From positions 7,812,001 through 7,876,000 of the forward strand of contig CATNEN010000025.1 in the NCBI GenBank assembly GCA_950097015.1: a DNA stretch of 64,000 bases, given 5' to 3'. The number at the start of each line of letters is the position of its first letter. Within the stretch, counting starts at the first letter, position 1. The DNA comes from Macrostomum hystrix (Eukaryota; Animalia; Platyhelminthes). The notes under the pieces are model-generated. The model was given only the letters and a program-made list of their open reading frames with translations. It was not told the origin of the DNA and ran no database searches. Shown piece after piece: positions 28,363 to 41,000 of the stretch. Made by a program: the position numbers and the translations under genes.

Positions 28363-29042
28363 CGTGAGATTAGCAGTCAGTCCTCCTGGCTGCCTCTGAG
28401 TATGCGGGTAGCTGTAGGATCTAGAATCCGTGAGCATTGTGGGAGGAGCAGAGGAAGCCACACTTGAAGTGGTGAGGCGTCTCTGCTTCTCTGGCTAAAT
28501 CGTAGGCGCCACTCAACGCGGCCATGAGGTTTTGCTACCCTGTGTTTTTTCTAGTGAAGTGTCAATCAACACTAAAAGTTGTACTGGATTTTTAATACTA
28601 TTGTCATAGGAATATATATCGCTAATAATTAAGGAAGAATTACTTGCCTACAACCAGCATACTATGTCTTCGTGTTCAGTTATATAATATAAAATACACC
28701 TTAGCAACAAAGTACTTGAATACAAAAGAAAACACTTGATAAATAGAAGTACAGTTTTCAATTGTTAGTGCATTGCGAAATCAGTTTAGATAGACGAATA
28801 GGTAGGAGGGAAAGTATGGGGATATTGTATAGGCAGCCATAATATAGTGAAGCTGGAACTGTGACCGATATGTTTCTTTATCACATTTAGACAAGACACA
28901 GCTAAAATAAGAAGCAAAAAAGTCTTACAGCAAAAATTAATTTAAGCAATTAAACAGTCAGAGAGCTATTCAATAGTAAATTTATAAATAGAAATTTTGT
29001 GCTCTATAGAAACAAAGACAGAGAAGGTGCGCTGCCCCAGCG

Positions 29043-32000
29043 TCAGGGCTGCCTGTACTTCGCCGCCTGGCTCTCCATTGCCTGCCGATGCCCGCGCCGC
29101 TTGCCTTTGCCATGCGCCGGCGGCGGCTGAGTCATCAGCTCGTCGTCCCTGACGCAACAAAAATAGGTGACAGATAGTGAAAGGTGATTTAATGGCAGGT
29201 AGATTGTTGGCAACAGATACAGACAGACAACAAAGCTGACAGACAGACAGAAAGACAGACAGACAATAACATCAAAGCGATTTAAGTTAAGACCAATGGC
29301 ATAGTCTACAGCAATAGCAACAGAATGTTCTACAGTAATAGCTACAGAATGTTTTACAGCAGTAGCTACAGAATGGTCTACAGCAGAAGATACAAAACGA
29401 TCTACAGTAATAGCTACAGAATGATCTACAGTAATAGCTATAGAATGTTCTACATCAGTAGCTACAGAATGGTCTACAGCAGAAGATACAAAACGATCTA
29501 CAGTAATAGCTACAGAATGATCTACAGTAATAGCTACAGAATGATCTACAGTAATAGCTACAGAATGTTCTACATCAGTAGCTACAGAATGTTCTACAGC
29601 AGTAGCTACAGAATGGTCTACAGCAATAGCTACAGAATGATCTACAGTAATAGCTACAGAATGTTCTACAGCAGTAGCTACAGAATGTTCTACAGCAGTA
29701 GCTACAGAATGGTCTACAGCAATAGCTACAGAATGTTCTACATCAGTAGCTACAGAATGTTCTACAGCAGTAGCTACAGAATGGTCTACAGCAGTAGCTA
29801 CAGAATGGTCTACAGCAATAGCTACAGAATGATCTACAGTAATAGCTACAGAATGTTCTACAGCAGTAGCTACAGAATGTTCTACAGCAGTAGCTACAGA
29901 ATGGTCTACAGCAATAGCTACAGAATGATCTACAGTAATAGCTACAGAATGATCTACAGCAGTAGCTACAGAATGATCCACAGTAATAGCTACAGAATGA
30001 TCTACAGCAGTAGCTACAGAATGATCCACAGTAATAGCTACAGAATGATCTACAGCAGTAGCTACAGAATGATCCACAGTAATAGCTACAGAATGTTCTA
30101 CAGCAGTAGCTACAGAATGATCTACAGCAGTAGCTACAGAATGATCCACAGTAATAGCTACAGAATGTTCTACAGCAGTAGCTACAGAATGATCTACAGC
30201 AGTAGCTACAGAATGTTCTACAGCAGTAGCTACAGAATGATCCACAGTAATAGCTACAGAATGTTCTACAGCAGTAGCTACAGAATGATCCACAGCAATA
30301 GCTACAGAATGATCTACAGTAATAGCTACAGAATGTTCTACAGCAGTAGCTACAGAATGATCCACAGTAATAGCTACAGAATGTTCTACAGCAGTAGCTA
30401 CAGAATGATCCACAGTAATAGCTACAGAATGTTCTACAGCAGTAGCTACAGAATGATCCACAGTAATAGCTACAGAATGTTCTACAGCAGTAGCTACAGA
30501 ATGATCCACAGTAATAGCTACAGAATGTTCTACAGCAGTAGCTACAGAATGATCCACAGTAATAGCTACAGAATGGTCTACAGCAATAGAGACAAAACGA
30601 TCTACAGTAGCAGCTACAGAATGATCTTCACCAAAAGCTACAGAATAATATACAAAATTGTCTACAGTAATGTTCAGGCAAAGACAGGCAACGCACCTGT
30701 AGTAGGGTGGCGGTGGCTCTCCGCTGCGCGGCGGTGGCGGCGCTCCAACCAGGGCTGCCGCGGCCCGGCCAGACGAAGAAGCGACAGCCGGCGCCACAAT
30801 CGGAGGCGGTGACGCGGAGGCAAGAGCTGCGGACGACGCCGCGGGAGGAGACGCCGAAGCGGCAACGGCGGGGGCAGCAGACGGGCCGGCCTGGGAGTTG
30901 CCGTAGGCGTAGCAGCCGAGCGGGACACTGCCAGGCGGCATTGCGGATTGACGATTTTGGCGACTTCCGCCTCCGCCGGCTCCACCGCTTCTGCCGCCAC
31001 CGCCGCCACTGTGACCATCACCGCCAATGACGCCCTGCTGATGCTGTCGATGATGCCGCCTCGGTAGTGTCAGCTTCCTGTGCGCAGGCCTCTGCGGATT
31101 ACTGCTTGGCGTGTGCACAGCGCAGGCCTTGATAAAGACGCCCATTGCGATGACAATGCCGATGCATATCAGAATGACATAGTACCAGTGGGCCACTATC
31201 CAGTTCTTCACCTCCTCCAATGTCTCCGGACTGAACAGCAGGTCCTGCAGTCGGCCCAGAGGACCCTTGGAGTCCACACGGCGGCACTCGTGATAGGCGT
31301 TGCAATAGCCACGATAATTGTCGCAGGGCGAGCCGACCTGGAGCTGCAGGCCCTGCTTGGTGCGGTTCACCCGCTGCAGAATGGAATAGAGCGGCGAGCT
31401 GTGGTCGCCTCGGCTCGCCACCTCCCGGCTGCTGACGCACGGCGTGGCGTTGTTGGGCCGGCAGCCCAGGTAGCACATTGAGCTGGCGTCTGCTCCGGAG
31501 TCCTCTGACGACTGCAGGCATTCCTCCCAGCCGATAAGTGAGCAGATGCTCAGCTGAGGGGCGAAGTTCATTAGAGGAGGTTGATAGGGATTTGAGTATC
31601 CCATACTAGGATGTAGATTGGGATTTGAGTATCCCATACTAGGATGTAGATTGGGATTTGAGTATCCCATACAAGGATGTTTTGAATGGGATTTGAAGAT
31701 CCCATACTTGGGTGTTTTGATTGGGATTTGATGATCCCATACTAGTGTGTTTTGATTGGGATTTGAAGGTGCCATACTAGTGTGTTTTGAATGGGATTTG
31801 AAGGTGCCATACTAGGGTGTTTTGAATGGGATTTGAAGGTGCCATACTAGTGTGTTTTGAATGGGATTTGAAGGTGCCATACTAGTGTGTTTTGAATGGG
31901 ATTTGAAGGTGCCATACTAGTGTGTTTTGATTGGGATTTGAAGGTGCCATACTAGTGTGTTTTGAATGGGATTTGAAGGTGCCATACTAGGGTGTTTTGA

Positions 32001-35000
32001 ATGGGATTTGAAGGTGCCATACTAGGGTGTTTTGATTGGGATTTGAAGGTGCCATACTAGTGTGTTTTGAATGGGATTTGAAGGTGCCATACTAGTGTGT
32101 TTTGATGGGATTTGAAGGTGCCATACTAGGGTGTTTTGATTGGGATTGAAGGTGCCATACTAGGGTGTTTTGATTGGGATTTGAAGGTGCCATACTAGTG
32201 TGTTTGAATGGGATTTGAAGGTGCCATACTAGTGTGTTTTGAATTGGGATTTGAAGGTGCCATACTAGGGTGTTTTGATTGGGATTTGAAGGTGCCATAC
32301 TAGGTGTTTTGATTGGGATTTGAAGGTGCCATACTAGGGTGTTTTGAATGGGATTTGAAGGTGCCATACTAGGGTGTTTTGAATGGGATTTGAAGGTGCC
32401 ATACTAGTGTGTTTTGAATGGGATTTGAAGGTGCCATACTAGGGTGTTTTGAATGGGATTTGAAGGTGCCATACTAGTGTGTTTTGAATGGGATTTGAAG
32501 TGCCATACTAGTGTGTTTTGAATTGGGATTTGAAGGTGCCATACTAGTGTGTTTTGAATGGGATTTGAAGGTGCCATACTAGTGTGTTTTGAATGGGATT
32601 TGAAGATCCCATACTAGGGTGTTTTGAATGGGATTTGAAGGTGCCATACTAGTGTGTTTTGAATGGGATTTGAAGATCCCATACTAGGGTGTTTTGAATG
32701 GGATTTGAAGGTGCCATACTAGTGTGTTTTGAATGGGATTTGAAGGTGCCATACTAGTGTGTTTTGAATGGGATTTGAAGGTGCCATACTAGTGTGTTTT
32801 GATTGGGATTTGAAGGTGCCATACTAGGGTGTTTTGAATGGGATTTGAAGGTGCCATACTAGGGTGTTTTGAATGGGATTTGAAGGTGCCATACTAGGGT
32901 GTTTTGAATGGGATTTGAAGGTGCCATACTAGGGTGTTTTGAATGGGATTTGAAGGTGCCATACTAGGGTGTTTTGAATGGGATTTGAAGGTGCCATACT
33001 AGGGTGTTTTGAATGGGATTTGAAGGTGCCATACTAGGGTGTTTTGAATGGGATTTGAAGGTGCCATACTAGTGTGTTTTGAATGGGATTTGAAGGTGCC
33101 ATACTAGGGTGTTTTGAATGGGATTTGAAGGTGCCATACTAGGGTGTTTTGAATGGGATTTGAAGGTGCCATACTAGGGTGTTTTGAATGGGATTTGAAG
33201 GTGCCATACTAGTGTGTTTTGAATGGGATTTGAAGGTGCCATACTAGTGTGTTTTGAATGGGATTTGAAGGTGCCATACTAGGGTGTTTTGATTGGGATT
33301 TGAAGATCCCATACTAGGGTGTTTTGAATGGGATTTGAAGGTGCCATACTAGTGTGTTTTGAATGGGATTTGAAGATCCCATACTAGTGTGTTTTGAATG
33401 GGATTTGAAGGATGCCCATACTAGGGTGTTTTGAATGGGATTTGAAGGTGCCATACTAGTGTGTTTTGAATGGGATTTGAAGGTGCCATACTAGGGTGTT
33501 TTGAATGGGATTTGAAGGTGCCATACTAGTGTGTTTTGAATGGGATTTGAAGGATGCCATACTAGGGTGTTTTGAATGGGATTTGAAGGTGCCATACTAG
33601 GGTGTTTTGAATGGGATTTGAAGGTGCCATACTAGGGTGTTTTGAATGGGATTTGAAGGTGCCATACTAGTGTGTTTTGAATGGGATTTGAAGGTGCCAT
33701 ACTAGTGTGTTTTGAATGGGATTTGAAGGTGCCATACTAGTGTGTTTTGAATGGGATTTGAAGGTGCCATACTAGGGTGTTTTGAATGGGATTTGAAGGT
33801 GCCATACTAGTGTGTTTTGAATGGCATTTGAAGGTGCCATACTAGGGTGTTTTGAATGGGATTTGAAGGTGCCATACTAGTGTGTTTTGATTGGGATTTG
33901 AAGATCCCATACTAGGGTGTTTTGAATGGGATTTGAAGGTGCCATACTAGGGTGTTTTGAATGGGATTTGAAGGTGCCATACTAGTGTGTTTTGAATGGG
34001 ATTTGAAGGTGCCATACTAGGGTGTTTTGAATGGGATTTGAATGTGCCATACTAGTGTGTTTTGAATGTGATTTGAAGATCCCATACTAGGGTGTTTTGA
34101 ATGGGATTTGAAGGTGCCATACTAGTGTGTTTTGAATGGGATTTGAAGGTGCCATACTAGTGTGTTTTGAATGGGATTTGAAGGTGCCATACTAGTATGT
34201 TTTGAATGGGATTTGAAGGTGCCATACTAGGGTGTTTTGAATGGGATTTGAAGGTGCCATACTAGTGTGTTTTGATTGGGATTTGAAGGTGCCATACTAG
34301 TGTGTTTTGATTGGGATTTGAAGATCCCATACTTGGGTGTTTTGAATGGGATTTGAATGTGCCATACTAGGGTGTTTTGAATGGGATTTGAAGGTGCCAT
34401 ACTAGGGTGTTTTGAATGGGATTTGAATGTGCCATACTAGGGTGTTTTGAATGGGATTTGAATGTGCCATACTAGGGTGTTTTGAATGGGATTTGAAGGT
34501 GCCATACTAGTGTGTTTTGAATGGGATTTGAAGGTGCCATACTAGTGTGTTTTGAATGGGATTTGAAGGTGCCATACTAGGGTGTTTTGAATGGGATTTG
34601 AAGGTGCCATACTAGGGTGTTTTGATTGGGATTTGAAGGTGCCATACTAGTGTGTTTTGATTGGGATTTGAAGATCCCATACTTGGGTGTTTTGATTGGG
34701 ATTTGATGATCCCATACTAGTGTGTTTTGATTGGGATTTGAAGGTGCCATACTAGGGTGTTTTGAATGGGATTTGAAGGTGCCATACTAGTGTGTTTTGA
34801 ATGGGATTTGAAGGTGCCATACTAGGGTGTTTTGATTCGGATTTGAAGGTGCCATACTAGTGTGTTTTGAATGGGATTTGAAGGTGCCATACTAGTGTGT
34901 TTTGATTGGGATTTGAAGGTGCCATACTAGGGTGTTTTGAATGGGATTTGAAGGTGCCATACTAGTGTGTTTTGAATGGGATTTGAAGATGCCATACTAG

Positions 35001-38000
35001 GGTGTTTTGATTGGGATTTGAAGGTGCCATACTAGTGTGTTTTGAATGGGATTTGAAGGTGCCATACTAGTGTGTTTTGAATGGGATTTGAAGGTGCCAT
35101 ACTAGGGTGTTTTGAATGGGATTTGAAGGTGCCATACTAGTGTGTTTTGAATGGGATTTGAAGGTGCCATACTTGGGTGTTTTGAATGGGATTTGAAGGT
35201 GCCATACTAGTGTGTTTTGAATGGGATTTGAAGGTGCCATACTAGTGTGTTTTGAATGGGATTTGAAGGTGCCATACTTGGGTGTTTTGATTGGGATTTG
35301 AAGGTGCCATACTAGTGTGTTTTGAATGGGATTTGAAGGTGCCATACTAGGGTGTTTTGAATGGGATTTGAAGGTGCCATACTAGGGTGTTTTGATTGGG
35401 ATTTGAAGGTGCCATACTAGGGTGTTTTGAATGGGATTTGAAGGTGCCATACTAGGGTGTTTTGATTGGGATTTGAAGGTCCCATACTAGTGTGTTTTGA
35501 ATGGGATTTGAAGGTCCCATACTAGTGTGTTTTGATTGGGATTTGAAGATGCCATACAAGGGTGTTTTGAATGGGATTTGAAGGTGCCATACTAGGGTGT
35601 TTTGAATGGGATTTGAAGGTGCCATACTAGTGTGTTTTGAATGGGATTTGAAGGTGCCATACTAGTGTGTTTTGAATGGGATTTGAAGGTGCCATACTAG
35701 GGTGTTTTGAATGGGATTTGAAGGTGCCATACTAGTGTGTTTTGATTGGGATTTGAAGGTGCCACTCTAGTGTGTTTTGAATGGGATTTGAAGGTGCCAT
35801 ACTAGTGTGTTTTGATTGGGATTTGAAGGTGCCATACTAGTGTGTTTTGAATGGGATTTGAAGGTGCCATACTAGGGTGTTTTGATTGGGATTTGAAGGT
35901 GCCATACTAGTGTGTTTTGATTGGGATTTGAAGGTGCCATACTAGTGTGTTTTGAATGGGATTTGAAGGTGCCATACTAGTGTGTTTTGATTGGGATTTG
36001 AAGATCCCATACTTGGGTGTTTTGAATGGGATTTGAATGTGCCATACTAGTGTGTTTTGATTGGGATTTGAAGATGCCATACAAGGGTGTTTTGAATGGG
36101 ATTTGAAGGTGCCATACTAGGGTGTTTTGAATGGGATTTGAAGGTGCCATACTAGTGTGTTTTGAATGGGATTTGAAGGTGCCATACTAGGGTGTTTTGA
36201 ATGGGATTTGAAGGTGCCATACTAGTGTGTTTTGATTGGGATTTGAAGGTGCCATACTAGTGTGTTTTGAATGGGATTTGAAGGTGCCATACTAGGGTGT
36301 TTTGAATGGGATTTGAAGGTGCCATACTAGTGTGTTTTGATTGGGATTTGAAGGTGCCATACTAGTGTGTTTTGAATGGGATTTGAAGGTGCCATACTAG
36401 TGTGTTTTGAATGGGATTTGAAGGTGCCATACTAGGGTGTTTTGAATGGGATTTGAAGGTGCCATACTAGTGTGTTTTGAATGGGATTTGAAGGTGCCAT
36501 ACTAGGGTGTTTTGAATGGGATTTGAAGGTGCCATACTAGTGTGTTTTGAATGGGATTTGAAGGTGCCATACTAGTGTGTTTTGAATGGGATTTGAAGGT
36601 GCCATACTAGGGTGTTTTGAATGGGATTTGAAGGTGCCATACTAGTGTGTTTTGAATGGGATTTGAAGGTGCCATACTAGGGTGTTTTGAATGGGATTTG
36701 AAGGTGCCATACTAGTGTGTTTTGATTGGGATTTGAAGGTGCCATACTAGTGTGTTTTGAATGGGATTTGAAGGTGCCATACTAGTGTGTTTTGAATGGG
36801 ATTTGAAGGTGCCATACTAGGGTGTTTTGAATGGGATTTGAAGGTGCCATACTAGTGTGTTTTGAATGGGATTTGAAGGTGCCATACTAGGGTGTTTTGA
36901 ATGGGATTTGAAGGTGCCATACTAGTGTGTTTTGAATGGGATTTGAAGGTGCCATACTAGTGTGTTTTGAATGGGATTTGAAGGTGCCATACTAGGGTGT
37001 TTTGAATGGGATTTGAAGGTGCCATACTAGTGTGTTTTGAATGGGATTTGAAGGTGCCATACTAGTGTGTTTTGAATGGGATTTGAAGGTGCCATACTAG
37101 GGTGTTTTGAATGGGATTTGAAGGTGCCATACTAGTGTGTTTTGAATGGGATTTGAAGGTGCCATACTAGGGTGTTTTGAATGGGATTTGAAGGTGCCAT
37201 ACTAGGGTGTTTTGAATGGGATTTGAAGGTGCCATACTAGGGTGTTTTGAATGGGATTTGAAGGTGCCATACTAGTGTGTTTTGATTGGGATTTGAAGGT
37301 GCCATACTAGGGTGTTTTGAATGGGATTTGAAGGTGCCATACTAGTGTGTTTTGAATGGGATTGAAGGTGCCATACTAGGGTGTTTTGAATGGGATTTGA
37401 AGGTGCCATACTAGTGTGTTTTGAATGGGATTTGAAGGTGCCATACTAGTGTGTTTTGAATGGGATTTGAAGGTGCCATACTAGTGTGTTTTGAATGGGA
37501 TTTGAAGGTGCCATACTAGGGTGTTTTGAATGGGATTTGAAGATCCCATACTAGGGTGTTTTGAATGGGATTTGAAGGTGCCATACTAGTGTGTTTTGAA
37601 TGGGATTTGAAGGATCCCATACTAGGGTGTTTTGAATGGGATTTGAAGGTGCCATACTAGGGTGTTTTGAATGGGATTTGAAGATCCATACTAGGGTGTT
37701 TTGAATGGGATTTGAAGGTGCCATACTAGGGTGTTTTGAATGGGATTTGAAGATCCCATACTAGGGTGTTTTGAATGGGATTTGAAGGTGCCATACTAGG
37801 GTGTTTTGAATGGGATTTGAAGATCCCATACTAGGGTGTTTTGAATGGGATTTGAAGGTGCCATACTAGTGTGTTTTGAATGGGATTTGAAGATCCCATA
37901 CTAGGGTGTTTTGAATGGGATTTGAAGGTGCCATACTAGTGTGTTTTGAATGGGATTTGAAGGTGCCATACTAGTGTGTTTTGAATGGGATTTGAAGGTG

Positions 38001-41000
38001 CCATACTAGGGTGTTTTGATTGGGATTTGAAGGTGCCATACTAGGGTGTTTTGAATGGGATTTGAAGGTGCCATACTAGGGTGTTTTGAATGGGATTTGA
38101 AGGTGCCATACTAGGGTGTTTTGATTGGGATTTGAATGTGCCATACTAGGGTGTTTTGAATGGGATTTGAAGGTGCCATACTAGGGTGTTTTGAATGGGA
38201 TTTGAAGGTGCCATACTAGGGTGTTTTGAATGGGATTTGAAGGTGCCATACTAGGGTGTTTTGATTGGGATTTGAAGGTGCCATACTAGTGTGTTTTGAT
38301 TGGGATTTGAAGATCCCATACTTGGGTGTTTTGATTGGGATTTGATGATCCCATACTAGTGTGTTTTGATTGGGATTTGAAGGTGCCATACTAGGGTGTT
38401 TTGAATGGGATTTGAAGGTGCCATACTAGTGTGTTTTGATGGGATTTGAAGGTGCCATACTAGTGTGTTTTGAATGGGATTTGAAGGTGCCATACTAGTG
38501 TGTTTTGAATGGGATTTGAAGGTGCCATACTAGTGTGTTTTGAATGGGATTTGAAGATCCCATACTAGGGTGTTTTGAATGGGATTTGAAGGTGCCATAC
38601 TAGGGTGTTTTGAATGGGATTTGAAGGTGCCATACTAGGGTGTTTTGAATGGGATTTGAAGGTGCCATACTAGTGTGTTTTGAATGGGATTTGAAGATCC
38701 CATACTAGTGTGTTTTGAATGGGATTTGAAGGTGCCATACTAGTGTGTTTTGAATGGGATTTGAAGGTGCCATACTAGTGTGTTTTGAATGGGATTTGAA
38801 GGTGCCATACTAGGGTGTTTTGAATGGGATTTGAAGGTGCCATACTAGTGTGTTTTGAATGGGATTTGAAGGTGCCATACTAGGGTGTTTTGAATGGGAT
38901 TTGAAGGTGCCATACTAGGGTGTTTTGAATGGGATTTGAAGGTGCCATACTAGGGTGTTTTGAATGGGATTTCAGTATTTCCAACTCGCCCCTTGATGCT
39001 GATTTGTGATATTTTTTACAGATCTGTTGACTGGGATTTGTAAATCACCAGATTACTCATACTGTCATTTGGATAATAAAAGGAAATTTTAGTATCAAAT
39101 ACAACAAACATTTTGATCAGTGATTCAATTTACATTTTTGTGCAATTTGTACTATTAATGCAAGTCATTATTTAATTTTTTATGAAAAATAAGGTATCTA
39201 ATGAACGCACCTCGCAGTTGCCCTGTCGGCACAGCTTAGTGTTGCCATTGCAGGTGGTGTTATCCTTCTTGCTGACAGGCGGTGGGCAGGTCTGATTGAG
39301 GCCGGAGCACGCGGTGGCGTAGGTGCAGTCGGTCTCGGCGCGGCACTGGATGCTGATGTCAGAGAAATTGCACGAGCCGGTGCAGCAGGGGTTGCCGGAT
39401 GGGGAGCAGGCCTTGCCGACGGCCACTCGGCAGGCGTTGGCGTTGACGCCCTTGGCGCTCTTCGGCACGCAGCAGGTGTCGGCGCACTCGTCCTCGTAGC
39501 CGCAGTCGCAATCTTCGCCAGGCTCTAGCAGGCTATTGCCGCAGAAGCTGGCGTCGTCGCTAGGACGCAGGCAGTTGACCTTGCCGTTGCGATTGTTGAC
39601 TACATAGTAGAGCAAGGTGCCTATTGACTCCCTGGAGCACACACTGAACTGCTTGTTGTTGGGCAGGTCGCCAGTGGTGGCCGAAGAGAACATGATGTAG
39701 TTGCCCTGGTCCGGAACTGGCTGGCACTCCGGCCTGGCAGGGGTCATGCCATCGTCATGATTGGCGCCGAAATTGTGCCCCATCTCGTGGGCGAAGGTCA
39801 GGTAAGACACTTTCTCAGCAATGCGGCGACCGTAATTAACTAGAGTCACTATGCCCGTGTTCAGCGACTTCAATGCGCGCCGGCCGGGAGCTTGGTCGCT
39901 GATTTAGATGGGAGTTTGGGAGGCCAGAGGGATTATCAAATATTTTAAGCTAATCCTTGACACGTTGCTGATAACAATGCCTAAGATGTAACATTTTGCC
40001 TCAGATAGAACTACCTTCTTGGACTCATTCTTAATATATGATGATTTCTTTCCTCCGGACACCGTTCTTGTCTTCCTGACACAATTGCATTTCTGACATC
40101 ATTCTTGTCTTCCGGACACAATTGCATTTCTGACACCATTCTTGTCTTCCTGACACAATTGCATTTCTGACATCATTCTTGTCTTCCTGACACAATTGCA
40201 TTTCTGACATCATTCGTGTCTTCCTGACACAATTGCATTTCTGACATCATTCTTGTCTTCCGGACACAATCGCATTTCTGACATCATTCTTGTCTTCCGG
40301 ACACAATTGCATTTCTGACATCATTCTTGTCTTCCTGACACAGTTGCATTTCTGACATCATTCGTGTCTTCCTGACACAGTTGCATTTCTGACATCATTC
40401 TTGTCTTCCTGACACAATTGCATTTCTGACATCATTCGTGTCTTCCTGACACAGTTGCATTTCTGACATCATTCTTGTCTTCCTGACACAATTGCATTTC
40501 TGACATCATTCGTGTCTTCCTGACACAATTGCATTTCTGACATCATTCTTGTCTTCCTGACACAATTGCATTTCTGACATCATTCGTTTCTTCCTGACAC
40601 AGTTGCATTTCTGACATTATTTTTGTCTTCCTGACACAATTGCATTTCTGAAATCACTTGTCTTCCTGTCAGTTGCATTTCTGACATCATTCTTGTCTTC
40701 CTGACACAATTGCATTTCTGAAATCACTTGTCTTCCTGACACAGTTGCATTTCTGACATCATTCTTGTCTTCCTGACACAGTTGCATTTCTGACATCATT
40801 CTTGTCTTCCTGACACAGTTGCATTTCTGACATCATTCTTGTCTTCCTGACACAGTTGCATTTCTGACATCATTCTTGTCTTCCTGACACATTGCATTTC
40901 TGAAATCATTCGTGTCTTCCTGACAGTTGCATTTCTGACATCATTCTTGTCTTCCTGACACAATTGCATTTCTGAAATCACTTGTCTTCCTGACACAGTT

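Noticed and set aside
31587-38972. CRISPR-like array (35-37-bp repeats; also 40060-42105)
   Set aside because: Units are contiguous with no unique spacers, no cas genes are present, and the context is a spliceosomal intron.
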